A stretch of DNA of 64,000 nt from IMG/VR virus record IMGVR_UViG_3300027762_000001. One strand, 5' to 3'. This document shows, in pieces, positions 9,304 to 20,122 of the stretch. The position numbers and the translations under genes are program-made. The notes under the pieces were generated by a model. It saw only the letters and a program-made list of their open reading frames with translations. It was not told the DNA's origin and did no database searches. Source of the stretch: a virus. Within the stretch, counting starts at the first letter, position 1, and every line of letters starts with the position of its first letter.

Positions 9304-9600
9304 TTATTCGCCTCCTGTTTGTAGTACTATTTCAGTTAAGTCAGCAACTAAAGTTTGAAGCTCAGCTATATCAGCATTTGGATTTGGAAGAGCTGCTATT
9401 ATAACTTCAACAGCTTCTAAAGTTGTCTCTGTGCCGTTAACTCTTAATGTCCAAAGGTCAATTTCAGTTTCTCCGCCTGTAACTTTAACATAGTTAAAAT
9501 CGCTATCTGATACCATGGCATTAAAACTTAAGCCGTCAACTTCTTGGTCTTCATGAGTTATTGATAAGCTAAGATTTGGTACTTTTATATACTTTGTCAT
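9304..9600 (-). CDS. Putative tail fibre accessory protein
   Basis: Position after fibre genes; C-terminal coiled coil. Confidence 0.5.
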   Translation of the reverse strand: MTKYIKVPNLSLSITHEDQEVDGLSFNAMVSDSDFNYVKVTGGETEIDLWTLRVNGTETTLEAVEVIIAALPNPNADIAELQTLVADLTEIVLQTGGE

Positions 9601-10367
9601 CTTTTAACTACCTCCTTTAAATTAAATACTTGACTTACCCATTTTACAATATTGCTTTGAGGATGAAAATGATTTAAAACTTCATCAAATAATCCTCTAT
9701 GAATACACTCTTTACAAAGTGATTCAAACTGAGCCATTATGTTGTTGACACTACTTATGTCACTGTTCTGACCTAATGTTACAACATTAAATGCTTCTTG
9801 AATGTATCTTCTTGTCATAGATAAAAGTTGATTATTATCTTTATTATCTTTGTCAAATGTTCCATCGTCTAACTCTTCTTTTATCTGCGACCATATTTCT
9901 ATTTCTCTTACTCTTTCTTTTGCCTGCACCTGCATATTTTGAAGACCTAATAATATTTCTTCTTTTTCAATATTTTTAATATTAAGTCTAGCTTCTAATT
10001 TTTTCTTTTCATGAGGAAGTAAATCATCATTAGCTAATTTATACTCTAAACCTTCAATGTCAGCTTCTTTCATCGTGAGCTTCTCTTGATTCTTTCTATA
10101 CTCAAATGACAAGTTTAAAAGCTGTTCAAAAAACACCATTTGCTCAAGTTTTGCTTGATGATATTTAGCCGCTTTATCTGGAAAATCTTTATCATTTAAT
10201 ACAGAGCATCTTATCTCAGTATTAGTTCTCCAGATAGTTTGAGTCATATGATTGTGCTTTAATTCTGGTATAAGATGCTTAATTTTTTGACTTAGGTTTT
10301 CAGGTAATAAGTCAGCTTCCTTAATGTGTTTTAAGTAATTTTGTTCGTAAAGTTGTAATTTGTTCAT
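9597..10367 (-). CDS. Coiled-coil protein, putative chaperone of the adhesin
   Basis: 256-aa helical ORF directly after the Kelch-like protein. Confidence 0.5.
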   Translation of the reverse strand: MNKLQLYEQNYLKHIKEADLLPENLSQKIKHLIPELKHNHMTQTIWRTNTEIRCSVLNDKDFPDKAAKYHQAKLEQMVFFEQLLNLSFEYRKNQEKLTMKEADIEGLEYKLANDDLLPHEKKKLEARLNIKNIEKEEILLGLQNMQVQAKERVREIEIWSQIKEELDDGTFDKDNKDNNQLLSMTRRYIQEAFNVVTLGQNSDISSVNNIMAQFESLCKECIHRGLFDEVLNHFHPQSNIVKWVSQVFNLKEVVKR

Positions 10368-10391
10368 GTATTTATCTCCTTTGTTATTTTA

Positions 10392-12338
10392 TTAACTTCC
10401 TATGAATTTTTCGGTTGTATAAGGGAAGCAGAGTCCAGCAGACTGAGATCCACATCCACGCGGATAAAATCTTGCTGTATTTGATCCGCTTGTTAGACTC
10501 CATGTACTACCATTAAATTTTTCTGTCGTTTTAATATCTCCACTACTAGCACCTCCACCCATAGAAAGGCCAGCAGATTGAGTCCCTGCTCCTCCTGGAT
10601 ATTCTTTTGCTTCAGATAAATTACCAGAAGTACTCCATGTTGAACCATTAAATTTTTCTGTTCTTGACTCTCTGTATGTAACCCATCCACCAAAAGCTAG
10701 TCCTGCATCTTGAGTTCCACAACTACCAATTTTACTTTTAGTTTGGCTTAAATTTCCTGTGCTACTCCATGTTGAACCATTAAATTTATAAGTATTATTA
10801 TAGTTTGTACTTGTGCTCGCTCCTCCAAATGATAAGCCAGCACTCTGTGTTCCGCACCCTCCAGGTGAATAAGTAGAGATAGGCAAGTTTCCGGAAGTAC
10901 TCCATGTACTACCGTTAAATTTTTCTGTTCTATCATATGCATATCCACTGGTGTTATATTGACCTCCAAACGCAAGTCCCGCAGATTGAGTTCCTGCCCC
11001 ACCTACCTTACCTTTACCTTGGCTTAAAAGCCCTGTACTACTCCATGCTGAACCATTAAAATTATTACATATTGATGTGTAGTTACTTCCATTAAAATGA
11101 CCGAAAGCGACTGCAGCATTTGTAGTTCCACATCCTCCGGGTTCAGACTGGCTTAAAGTAGCTGTACTGACAGTTATCCATACATTCTTAGGCACACCAT
11201 AAGAATAATCAGTTAAACTCCACAAGTCACTACTTACAATTCCGCCATAAATTAAGAATTCAGGGTAAGCGTATCCAGAGCCTATGAATTTTTCAGTCCT
11301 ATTGGTATAACTAGGACCTTCATCTCCACCAAAGGCAAGTCCAGCATCTTGAGTTCCGCAGCCAGCCAAGTTAGATTTGCTTTGACTTAAACTACCTGTT
11401 GTACTCCATGCGGTACCATTAAATTTCTCGGCTATGTTAACATTAAATGTTCCTTGACCACTTACATATGTTTCACCTCCAAAGCACAGGCCCGCATTTT
11501 GAGTTCCACATCCCGCTAAAGAATTTTTGATTTGACTTAAACCGCCTGTACTTGCCCATGTAGATCCATTAAATTTTTGAGCCGCACTTGTTCGTCCACC
11601 AGAAGATCTAAATCCGCCAAAACTAACTCCAGCATTTTGGGATCCACATCCTGCAATCTCTTTTAAATCTACGGGTAAACTACCTGTGCTACTCCATGTA
11701 CTACCATTAAATTTATAGGTTTCTGAATTGTAAGGCGTACCAGTAGTCTCTCCGCCAAAGCCGAGACCTGCATCTTGATTCCCAAGGCCACCAAGATTTC
11801 TACGTGCTGAAGGTAAATTGCCTGAAGTACTCCATATACTACCATTAAATTTGTAGGTAGTTTGATAATATAGGGTAGTGGCATTATATCCTCCAAATGC
11901 CAGTCCTGCATTTTGAGTTCCACAACCCCCTAAACCTGCTCTTGTTGCAGGTAAATTACCTGTGCTACCCCATGCACTGCCATTAAACTTATACGTTATA
12001 TCTAAATAATTTGGTGAGACTCCGCCGTAACCACCAAAGCTAAGTCCAGCATTTTGAGTCCCACAACCTCCTAACTTATAATTGATTACAGGCATATCTC
12101 CCGTACTATTAGTTATCCATACATCTTTAGGGCTAGCCAAAGTATAATCTGTCAAATTCCATATAGCAGTGCTAACAGTACCTCCGCCAGTAGGAAGTAT
12201 CAGACCTGATGTCCACCCGGCCTTCCAAGCCCCACCAACATTACAATGTATAGCTGAAGCTTCTTTCCAAGTTCCACCTATGTTAACAAATATCTTATTT
12301 ATCGCTTTATAAGTTCCACCTATATTAACGTGACTCAT
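10392..12338 (-). CDS. Putative receptor-binding protein with 12 Kelch-like repeats (2 x 6-blade beta-propellers)
   Basis: Repeat KFNGSTWSxxGxL...GCGTQxAGLxFGG; N-terminal NIGGTWK repeats. Confidence 0.75.
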   Translation of the reverse strand: MSHVNIGGTYKAINKIFVNIGGTWKEASAIHCNVGGAWKAGWTSGLILPTGGGTVSTAIWNLTDYTLASPKDVWITNSTGDMPVINYKLGGCGTQNAGLSFGGYGGVSPNYLDITYKFNGSAWGSTGNLPATRAGLGGCGTQNAGLAFGGYNATTLYYQTTYKFNGSIWSTSGNLPSARRNLGGLGNQDAGLGFGGETTGTPYNSETYKFNGSTWSSTGSLPVDLKEIAGCGSQNAGVSFGGFRSSGGRTSAAQKFNGSTWASTGGLSQIKNSLAGCGTQNAGLCFGGETYVSGQGTFNVNIAEKFNGTAWSTTGSLSQSKSNLAGCGTQDAGLAFGGDEGPSYTNRTEKFIGSGYAYPEFLIYGGIVSSDLWSLTDYSYGVPKNVWITVSTATLSQSEPGGCGTTNAAVAFGHFNGSNYTSICNNFNGSAWSSTGLLSQGKGKVGGAGTQSAGLAFGGQYNTSGYAYDRTEKFNGSTWSTSGNLPISTYSPGGCGTQSAGLSFGGASTSTNYNNTYKFNGSTWSSTGNLSQTKSKIGSCGTQDAGLAFGGWVTYRESRTEKFNGSTWSTSGNLSEAKEYPGGAGTQSAGLSMGGGASSGDIKTTEKFNGSTWSLTSGSNTARFYPRGCGSQSAGLCFPYTTEKFIGS

Positions 12339-12354
12339 TTATTAATCAACTCCC

Positions 12355-12684
12355 TTATGGTGTGTACTTAATCCACACATCGCCGTTACCGCCACCTGAT
12401 GGATCGCCTGTTGAGAGAACTATTTTTCTAGCTTGAGCCGTTGTGTAGTCTGTATTATTTTGTGTATATAACTTCCCTGTCATTGTTCCGCCTGCTATAG
12501 GTAATTGTGCATCATTAGTAACATTAGCAAGTCCCACTTCAGTTTTAGTAACACTGTGAGGATTTCCAGTTGTTACACTTTTATGATCATAGGCCTCTTT
12601 ACCTCTGTCACCCCTGTAAGCTGTACCTGATGTTTCTCCTAACTTTAAAAATGCTATTAAATCACCAATGGTTGGTCTAGCCAT
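12355..12684 (-). CDS. Short tail fibre protein
   Basis: NPHSVTKTEVGLANV, LPIAGGTMTG and GDVWIKY fibre motifs. Confidence 0.7.
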   Translation of the reverse strand: MARPTIGDLIAFLKLGETSGTAYRGDRGKEAYDHKSVTTGNPHSVTKTEVGLANVTNDAQLPIAGGTMTGKLYTQNNTDYTTAQARKIVLSTGDPSGGGNGDVWIKYTP

Positions 12685-12705
12685 ATTAATAACCTCCAAT
12701 CATAA

Positions 12706-13353
12706 TTATACTTCAACAACTTCTAGATAAGCTTGACCTTCATAAACTGCTATTTGATATTTTACTCCAACATAATCAGGATTTGAACTTCTGTCTGTAT
12801 AAATCCCATCTTCCATATTAACCGCAGTTCTTAAGTCTACCACTACACCACTGTCAATTCTTGCTATCTCTAAGTATGTATGCCCTGCTACACCTGTAGT
12901 TTTAACTATATTATATTGAATTTGAATCCTTCTTGTAGTCTCCTCTGAAACTCTACTATCCATTATATGATTTGTAATAGTAACTTCTTGTTGATTTCCA
13001 TATTTTTTAATATCATCATCGAAATCAACTTCTTGTTCCCATACATCAAGATAAGCAGTTTCACCTTCGCCAAGTGCCAAGGAAAGCTCTGATATATTTA
13101 ATATATTTCCGTTAGCTATAGCCTTGTCATTTGAAAAGGTCAATGTTCCGCCTGTATAATCTAAACTACCAGTCATGTAAAAACTATTGCCGAATCTGTC
13201 GTTAATTAACCCTTTTAATTTATTTAAGATTATAAGCTGTAGTTCATTCATTTCAGATTCTAAAACAAGAGCCTCAGCTCCATGTTTTATAAGAGAGAAA
13301 TTAGCCTCTTCATTATAATCAGTAAAATTAGTAAAATCAGGCAACACTAACAC
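12706..13353 (-). CDS. Baseplate/fibre attachment protein
   Basis: VLESEMNELQ...AYLDVWEQEV...ETTRRIQ; synteny. Confidence 0.55.
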   Translation of the reverse strand: MLVLPDFTNFTDYNEEANFSLIKHGAEALVLESEMNELQLIILNKLKGLINDRFGNSFYMTGSLDYTGGTLTFSNDKAIANGNILNISELSLALGEGETAYLDVWEQEVDFDDDIKKYGNQQEVTITNHIMDSRVSEETTRRIQIQYNIVKTTGVAGHTYLEIARIDSGVVVDLRTAVNMEDGIYTDRSSNPDYVGVKYQIAVYEGQAYLEVVEV

Positions 13354-13364
13354 CTCCTATTACA

Positions 13365-13946
13365 TTAAAATGTAATTCTTAATACTCTTTCTAATTGTAA
13401 TCCAGTAGTTTTAACTATTAGTGGATGAGTCTTTCTGTTTATCATAAGACCACTATCTTTAGTAGCTGTAGCATCTCCACCATATAGTCCAAACTCTCTT
13501 AACTTACCATTTGCTTCACTGTATAAGAATCTGCCTGTTATTTGTATCTTACTTGTAGGTGTGAGTGTTTCTTCATTACTTCCATCTAAGAACACTATAT
13601 CCGCTGAATCTATCTCTTTTCTAAATGTTTCATTTAAAAGAGCGGAGTCTGTAATTAGTGGATCTGGCGGAGCATCATCTTCCCATGATTCACTCCCAGA
13701 ACCTACTGCCCAATATAAAATTCCTGAATGAGTAGGGGAGTTTTTAAAAAGACACGCAATTAAAACTGAACAATTATTAACAATAATATTAAAATCATTC
13801 CTTATTAATTCTTTAGTTCCGTCAGGATAAATTATATAGTCGAAAATTTCTCCAGTGAATTTATTATTCTTTTTTTCGTCATAATTTTCCACACATTTTG
13901 CAAAGCTTGAATAACTTACCTCTTTTTGTTTTTTTTCAAAATACAT
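13365..13946 (-). CDS. Tail collar/fibre-proximal protein
   Basis: AVGSG...LLNETFRK...EANGKLREFGLYGG. Confidence 0.65.
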   Translation of the reverse strand: MYFEKKQKEVSYSSFAKCVENYDEKKNNKFTGEIFDYIIYPDGTKELIRNDFNIIVNNCSVLIACLFKNSPTHSGILYWAVGSGSESWEDDAPPDPLITDSALLNETFRKEIDSADIVFLDGSNEETLTPTSKIQITGRFLYSEANGKLREFGLYGGDATATKDSGLMINRKTHPLIVKTTGLQLERVLRITF

Positions 13947-13966
13947 TTAAGACAACCTGCCTTTCA

Positions 13967-15475
13967 TTAGTAGTTTATTTCCTCAGTTAATGGGAATCTA
14001 CAAGTTCTAAAATCAACATTTAATCTTTTTGTGCTGTTTAATTTTATTTGAGCGTAATTAATAGTTGTCTTGATATCTCCTTCTATAATATTATCATAAG
14101 ATTCTATCGAGTGTAAATCAGAAAAGTAATCTTCATGGTAGTTGTCATCTATTGACAAGTTAACATTTTCATTTTGTAACTCTTTAAGTTTATCAAAATG
14201 AAAATATAATAAATTTCCAGTAACAACACCACCATCAATACTTCCGTCAAATTCGGAGTCAGCATATCCACCGTCGATGCCACTGTTAAAGGTAGAGTCA
14301 GCATATCCACCATCCACTTTTGAACCTGAGAAAGTTTTAAAATCTTCATTTAATCTACTTAGATTAAGTCTTGCTTCATTATTTGTAAATCTAGTAGGAA
14401 TTATATATCTTTCTGCATCAAGACCAAAAATACTTCCTATATCATAAATATCTCCGATAGTTAAATCCGCTTGATCATAAGATATTTCAGAAATATAGTC
14501 AAAATTATAAGCATCACTTGAATTACTTTTATTAAAATAATCATAGTATTCCGCCACCAATATTATAAAGAATTTTGTATAAGCTGGCTTTATCATGTTT
14601 AAAAATCCAGAGAGTATCTCTAGTTTATCTAAATCAGAAATGTAATCTTCGGGAAGAGTTACAATAAAATTAAAATTAAATAAATCCCACCCGTCCCATC
14701 TCTTTCTTTTTTTTGGGTCCTTTACATATTTATCATATACATCAGCGTTTGAAAGACCTGACAAAGTTTTTATTGCATTCTTTAAATTTATTATGGTTGG
14801 ACCACCTAATGATGCCTGAAGTATCATCTTCATCATTTCAGTATATTCATTTTTTGTCAATTTATCATTAAATAAAGTCTGAGCGCCCCTGTCCATAAAA
14901 GGAATTATTTTATTTCCCATTAAATTATATGGTGTATTTAAATCGACTGCTATATCTTTTAAGTTAACATCTCTAGATAAATTAAAAGGACCAATATCTC
15001 CATTTAAATATATCTTATTATTTAATAAATTATAATTTGTATTTCTTAAAAGTAATTCTCCAGCTTTACTAAACATATCAAAATCTATTATTTTAGAATT
15101 AGGCTCAACCGGTAAATTTCTCTTAGCCTCTAACTGTAAAAAAAGATTTAACATAAATAATACTTCGATTTTTTCTTCTAAAGTAAGTTCGTTTTCCCAC
15201 TTATTAATTCTTTGATCTAAACTTGTTCCATCTAAATTAAGTTTCGTTATAACATCTGAATTTTGTAGTATTGTTTCCAAAGAATAAAATGCACTATCTA
15301 CATTTATTCTTTGTATTGGAATAAACCTGTAAGTTTCTATTTGAGGTATAATTATATTTCTCTTAACTTGTTCTATATATTCATTTGTTAGTAACCCTAA
15401 CCCGCCATAAACGCTAACCATATATTCAAACTGATCATAGTTTACAGAATAATCTTCGTAAAAATTAGAAAACAA
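13967..15475 (-). CDS. Baseplate wedge protein (P2 gpI-like position)
   Basis: Follows the J-like gene; GPTIIN and IKPAYT motifs; short DGGYADS repeats. Confidence 0.55.
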   Translation of the reverse strand: MFSNFYEDYSVNYDQFEYMVSVYGGLGLLTNEYIEQVKRNIIIPQIETYRFIPIQRINVDSAFYSLETILQNSDVITKLNLDGTSLDQRINKWENELTLEEKIEVLFMLNLFLQLEAKRNLPVEPNSKIIDFDMFSKAGELLLRNTNYNLLNNKIYLNGDIGPFNLSRDVNLKDIAVDLNTPYNLMGNKIIPFMDRGAQTLFNDKLTKNEYTEMMKMILQASLGGPTIINLKNAIKTLSGLSNADVYDKYVKDPKKRKRWDGWDLFNFNFIVTLPEDYISDLDKLEILSGFLNMIKPAYTKFFIILVAEYYDYFNKSNSSDAYNFDYISEISYDQADLTIGDIYDIGSIFGLDAERYIIPTRFTNNEARLNLSRLNEDFKTFSGSKVDGGYADSTFNSGIDGGYADSEFDGSIDGGVVTGNLLYFHFDKLKELQNENVNLSIDDNYHEDYFSDLHSIESYDNIIEGDIKTTINYAQIKLNSTKRLNVDFRTCRFPLTEEINY

Positions 15476-15478
15476 GTT

Positions 15479-17233
15479 CTACACCTCCACTTCAGAGAAT
15501 AATACCTTATTTAAAACTGGATACTGTAAATTTGTCACAGCTATAACTGTACCATCTCTTTGTTCAATTATTGCATCTGATGGGTTAACTGGAATATAAA
15601 AGCTTACAAGTGGAACAGAAATATATTCTATAAAAGTGTTAACATCTTCGTTCCTATATAGCTCGCCTATTAAATCTGACTCTTCTACTGAGCTTCCAAG
15701 TTGTAAGTTTTTAAAATAATCTCCAAGTACATTTTGAAGCTGTATAGACTTCGTATCATCTAAAGAGAACCCATCTTTTAATTTTATTCTCATGGCAACA
15801 TTTATAAAGATAGGCTCTGTTTCTTTAAATAAAATGTCAGTTGTAATAACCCTATTTTCTTCTAAATCAAATTCATCTACTAAATTTTTAATAGTTTCAT
15901 TTATACTATATCCAATAGTTATAGAAGTTCCGTTTCTTATCTCGTCCGTTATAAATTTTATTGTTACAATTTCTTGAGATGATTCATAATATGCATCATC
16001 TTCTGACTCTATTAAAGTTCCGTCTATTTTTCTTCTTTCAATTACATAATATGAGTCATTATTATGTGTCACTGAGTTATCATCTGTTTCGTATATCGAG
16101 AATATTCCTTTAAATAAAGTGTCAGCCTCAAATGAAGATAGCCCAACACTAAAACTTTCAGTGTAAGGATTTAATTCATTATCCTCATAATAAACTTCTA
16201 TAGTATTTAAGATGCTACTGTCATAAGATTGCTCACCAGTATTATCTATTAATACAACTAAATCATCATCTTCATCAATAACAGTAAAGATAACTGGTGC
16301 GCCATCATTAGTTACATTTATAGAATCTAAATCAACTTCACTATATTTTTTCTCTAAGACTAATCTACCCGAATTTATTGTAAGATCCTTATAAGAAGTA
16401 GAAGATATTCCACCTTTTATATATATGTCTACTTTTCCACCTATATGTATCTCTTCTTCGGATAAATCATCTTTTATTATTGTGTATAAATCTCTTGTCA
16501 TTTCTTCATCGCCATAACCTACTATGTGCAAATCTTCTACCTCATTAAATTCTGAGAATATAAATTGTCTATATCCTGGCTTTGTTCCTAAGTGTCTTGA
16601 TATATAATATTCCTTTATTCTGTCTGCATATGATACATTGCTCTCTTTGTCTGTTGCATTAGTTATCGCACTTTTATTTGTAACTAATGGAGTATATGAA
16701 CCGAAGTTAGTTTCAACTACAGTTATTTGACTCTCTGATACATTATAAATTTCTCCAATTCCATTTGATACAACTAAAACATCAACATCATAAGTCATTT
16801 TGTTAACATTATATTTAGATAGCATTTCCTCATATGTGAATTCATAGCTTTCCTGAGTACTATAAAATAATCCTGACTCAGTTCTAAATGTTGCTCCCTC
16901 AGGAATTGTAAGGGTAGTATTTGGTATTGTTAAAAATGATAATGTAACATATGTAGATGCATATGTTCCTTGCTTTCTTTGTATTAAATAATTTCCCATA
17001 CCTATTTCGTCTAATTCATCTTCGCTCATATAATATGCATTATCAAGATTTAACATAAACTCCATACTGTTTACTGTATCTATAATAGGGCTTATTATTT
17101 CTTGCAGTGGCTTTACAAATATATCGTCAAATACTGAATTTTCAGATACATCAAGGTCTGGAAACTGTTCTTGCATTTTTGTTACAATATAACTTCTTAT
17201 TAAATTATTAAAATTAGTAATATTAATAGCCAT
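15479..17233 (-). CDS. Baseplate J-like wedge protein
   Basis: IPEGATF...GIGEIYNV...NATDKESN...GGKVDIYI. Confidence 0.8.
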   Translation of the reverse strand: MAINITNFNNLIRSYIVTKMQEQFPDLDVSENSVFDDIFVKPLQEIISPIIDTVNSMEFMLNLDNAYYMSEDELDEIGMGNYLIQRKQGTYASTYVTLSFLTIPNTTLTIPEGATFRTESGLFYSTQESYEFTYEEMLSKYNVNKMTYDVDVLVVSNGIGEIYNVSESQITVVETNFGSYTPLVTNKSAITNATDKESNVSYADRIKEYYISRHLGTKPGYRQFIFSEFNEVEDLHIVGYGDEEMTRDLYTIIKDDLSEEEIHIGGKVDIYIKGGISSTSYKDLTINSGRLVLEKKYSEVDLDSINVTNDGAPVIFTVIDEDDDLVVLIDNTGEQSYDSSILNTIEVYYEDNELNPYTESFSVGLSSFEADTLFKGIFSIYETDDNSVTHNNDSYYVIERRKIDGTLIESEDDAYYESSQEIVTIKFITDEIRNGTSITIGYSINETIKNLVDEFDLEENRVITTDILFKETEPIFINVAMRIKLKDGFSLDDTKSIQLQNVLGDYFKNLQLGSSVEESDLIGELYRNEDVNTFIEYISVPLVSFYIPVNPSDAIIEQRDGTVIAVTNLQYPVLNKVLFSEVEV

Positions 17234-17245
17234 ATCTTAAACACC

Positions 17246-17971
17246 TCAAATCATAAGATTTAATTGAGATCTACTGCCTTGCTCATTTTGTAATACAACA
17301 CTTATGTATATTGCATTTTCCTCAATATCAAAATCAATACTAGATACTGTTGCTGATTTTAATTTTTCAGATGAAGCTAAGTTTGACTCATTTATATTTG
17401 TTAGTTGAAATTTCTTATATTGCACTTCACAATCTGCAACAGCCTCTATTATATTTGTTTCTATTATCGGCCTATTAGAAATTTCATTTCCTATTATATT
17501 ATTTAATGTTGATCCGTAATCATTAATTCTTTTTGTTAATAGTACTTTTAAAAAGCCTTGTATTAATTTTTCAGAACCCGTAACATTTTCTACTGATGTA
17601 TTGTTGTCATTAAATAGTGAAACATACCATCCAAAACCTGCACATTTAGGACATTCTTCTGGTTGATATTGCTTTGTTTTCCTTAAGGTATTAGTATAGT
17701 TAACTGTAAAAATTTCTCCAGCTAAAGGTGCATTTGAAATCCACTTAATATTAACTTTTTCATAAATATTATAATTTATATGTTTATAATAAATTGTAAT
17801 ATTACCATCAACATCTTCACTATACACAGAGTTAACTCTACTTATTATACCTTCTTCACATATTAAATCTATATCACTGTCACTTTTTGTATAATCCTCT
17901 ATCATAGTGTCGTTAATAATTTCTCTCACAACATGATCACATACATGAACAATTTTAGGGCTTTTAAACAT
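17246..17971 (-). CDS. Baseplate gp25-like (sheath initiator) protein with Zn-finger
   Basis: CPKCAG; GSEKLIQ...YGSTL; located before J. Confidence 0.6.
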   Translation of the reverse strand: MFKSPKIVHVCDHVVREIINDTMIEDYTKSDSDIDLICEEGIISRVNSVYSEDVDGNITIYYKHINYNIYEKVNIKWISNAPLAGEIFTVNYTNTLRKTKQYQPEECPKCAGFGWYVSLFNDNNTSVENVTGSEKLIQGFLKVLLTKRINDYGSTLNNIIGNEISNRPIIETNIIEAVADCEVQYKKFQLTNINESNLASSEKLKSATVSSIDFDIEENAIYISVVLQNEQGSRSQLNLMI

Positions 17972-17989
17972 TGAATCTTCAACCCCTTT

Positions 17990-18832
17990 CTACGTTAAGT
18001 TATTCTCTAACGCCTTCATAACATCTTTTTTTACTTCACTATACTTTCTCGCTAAAAATATCTCTATAGTTATTTTATCATCAAACTCTTTATAATTTTT
18101 AAAATCTACAAAATCAAATTCTTCATATATGGCGTTTGCAATAATACAAGAATCATTAATTTGGGTTAAACCCTCACTTGATACAACCATATTTTGCATC
18201 TTATTTACTTCTGAACTAACTAATAATTTCATCTTACTTACAAATGAAAAAGACATACTTGTTTCATCTTGAATAATTTTATTTCTCATATTAGAAAAAT
18301 CTTTAAGAAGTGAAGATATTTTCTTTAAAGTATTTTTTCCTTCGTAATAATTAAAATAAAGGGGAATAGTATTTTTGTATTTTAAAAATTCTGAATCCAT
18401 AGTTCCAACCTTATTTTCTTCAAATATTGAAGACAAAGCGTGATACGGCATAGGGGAATCATTTGGTATTTCTGATACTTCAACTTTATCTCTTATCTCA
18501 ATTAATTTTTTAGTTATATCATTTATTATCTCTTGAAGATCTACGATTGATAGAGCATCAAATGTCATTGTCTTTGTGCTATATAAATTATCCGCTAATT
18601 CATTAATATAATTATTTTTATGAATAGTTGTTATGTTATCCATGATAAAATAAATTTTAGTTCTAAGTAGAGATATCTGTGCTAACATTTGAGCATTATA
18701 ATTTTTAACTATTAAATCTAATTTATTTATTCTTTCTCGATTTAATAAATTTATAAAAGTTAGGGCATAAATTATGCATCTGTTTAAATAATCGCTATTA
18801 GGATATTTTTTTATGTAATCTAAATTTATCAC
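17990..18832 (-). CDS. Hypothetical protein
   Basis: 280-aa ORF, translationally coupled to the sigma gene. Confidence 0.6.
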   Translation of the reverse strand: MINLDYIKKYPNSDYLNRCIIYALTFINLLNRERINKLDLIVKNYNAQMLAQISLLRTKIYFIMDNITTIHKNNYINELADNLYSTKTMTFDALSIVDLQEIINDITKKLIEIRDKVEVSEIPNDSPMPYHALSSIFEENKVGTMDSEFLKYKNTIPLYFNYYEGKNTLKKISSLLKDFSNMRNKIIQDETSMSFSFVSKMKLLVSSEVNKMQNMVVSSEGLTQINDSCIIANAIYEEFDFVDFKNYKEFDDKITIEIFLARKYSEVKKDVMKALENNLT

Positions 18833-19680
18833 TATTTTATCCTTTCTTTTAATTTATTCATTATTTTTTTTGCATCATAATAAGTCATACCATTACTTGT
18901 CGCAGCCTGACTTAAATTTTTAGCTGGACGATTTTTAAATTCTCCCAAACCTAGTACATGATATATTAATTTTCTTTCTGGCCTTGTAAAGTTAATCATT
19001 TCTTTTTTTATTCTTTCTTCTTCTTCCATTTTAGCTAACATACTTTCAGGGCTTACTCTGTTTATATTTAAAGTGTCCATTAGTGTAATGGCATCTCCTA
19101 CACCATCTATATTTCCAATAACAGCATCTCCACTATACTCTAATCTCTCATAATCTTTTATTTGTTGCACTTGTTTACTTGTTATTTTTTTATTCATATC
19201 ATTTTTTATAAAACTAACTATCTCATTTACTTTAGGCTCTCTACCATACTCTCTTGTTAGAAAATTAGTAGCAACTGAAACATTTCCCGCTTGTCTTGTT
19301 AACTCTGTAGATTTTCTAACTCCAAAATCCATGTATTCATTTTTTCTTTTTTGAAGCTCTAATGGTAGAGTATTTTTTATAAAAGTTATAGGTTTATTTT
19401 CTTTACTTAAATCAAAGTTTTTCTTTATTATCTTTTTAAACTCAGCAATTCCATGACCCATTGCAGCATCTTGGTCCATTACACTGCCAAGCTGAGCTCT
19501 TTTAACCTCTTGACTGATGACACCTCTATACTCTCTTATGAGTTGCTTCATTGCAAACTTATCATCTCTTTCTTGTATTGCTTTTATAAGCTCCCTCTCT
19601 TTTTTTACTTGAGGGTCCATACTATCAAACTTTGCAAAGGCTATCTTGTCTATCTTCTCTATGAGCTCATTAATATTCAA
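18832..19680 (-). CDS. Divergent sigma70-family RNA polymerase sigma factor
   Basis: Region 2-like AMKQLIREYRGVI and NFDLSKENKPITF; region 3 NFLTREYGREPKVNEI; region 4-like FTRPERKLIYHVLGL plus HTH; likely TTG start at 19680. Confidence 0.75.
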   Translation of the reverse strand: MNINELIEKIDKIAFAKFDSMDPQVKKERELIKAIQERDDKFAMKQLIREYRGVISQEVKRAQLGSVMDQDAAMGHGIAEFKKIIKKNFDLSKENKPITFIKNTLPLELQKRKNEYMDFGVRKSTELTRQAGNVSVATNFLTREYGREPKVNEIVSFIKNDMNKKITSKQVQQIKDYERLEYSGDAVIGNIDGVGDAITLMDTLNINRVSPESMLAKMEEEERIKKEMINFTRPERKLIYHVLGLGEFKNRPAKNLSQAATSNGMTYYDAKKIMNKLKERIK

Positions 19681-19685
19681 AGATA

Positions 19686-20120
19686 TCACTCCCACCAATT
19701 ATATTTATCTATAAGTTTATCAATTTCATTTATCTTAATTAAAATATCTTTTTTAATTTTATCATTTTTATTGTCTAAAGCTAACTTCTGAAACATTACA
19801 AATAAATTATAGGCCTCATTATTAATTTCAGTGACTTCTTCGTTATTAATTGATATAGAAATATTTACAATATAAAGCGCTGCATCCTCTGAAACTTTTT
19901 TTAATTTTTTAAAATCTTTATCCTTAATACATTCTTCACATTTTAAAACATAATTAACCATTACTTTTATTCTTTCATTATTACGCACTTCATTTTCCTT
20001 TTCAATCTGCCTTATAGCTTTTACTCTTTCAGTGCCTATAATATCAGTATCAAAGTAAAATTTATTAATAACAAAAAGCAATGAACCAACCAGTAAAACA
20101 ATTACAATTATATCCTTCAT
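19686..20120 (-). CDS. Membrane-anchored hypothetical protein
   Basis: N-terminal TM IIVIVLLVGSLLFVI. Confidence 0.6.
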   Translation of the reverse strand: MKDIIVIVLLVGSLLFVINKFYFDTDIIGTERVKAIRQIEKENEVRNNERIKVMVNYVLKCEECIKDKDFKKLKKVSEDAALYIVNISISINNEEVTEINNEAYNLFVMFQKLALDNKNDKIKKDILIKINEIDKLIDKYNWWE

Positions 20121-20122
20121 AA

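Noticed and set aside
10392-12338. Diversity-generating retroelement target
   Set aside because: No reverse transcriptase or template repeat in the window; repeat differences include indels and are not adenine-specific
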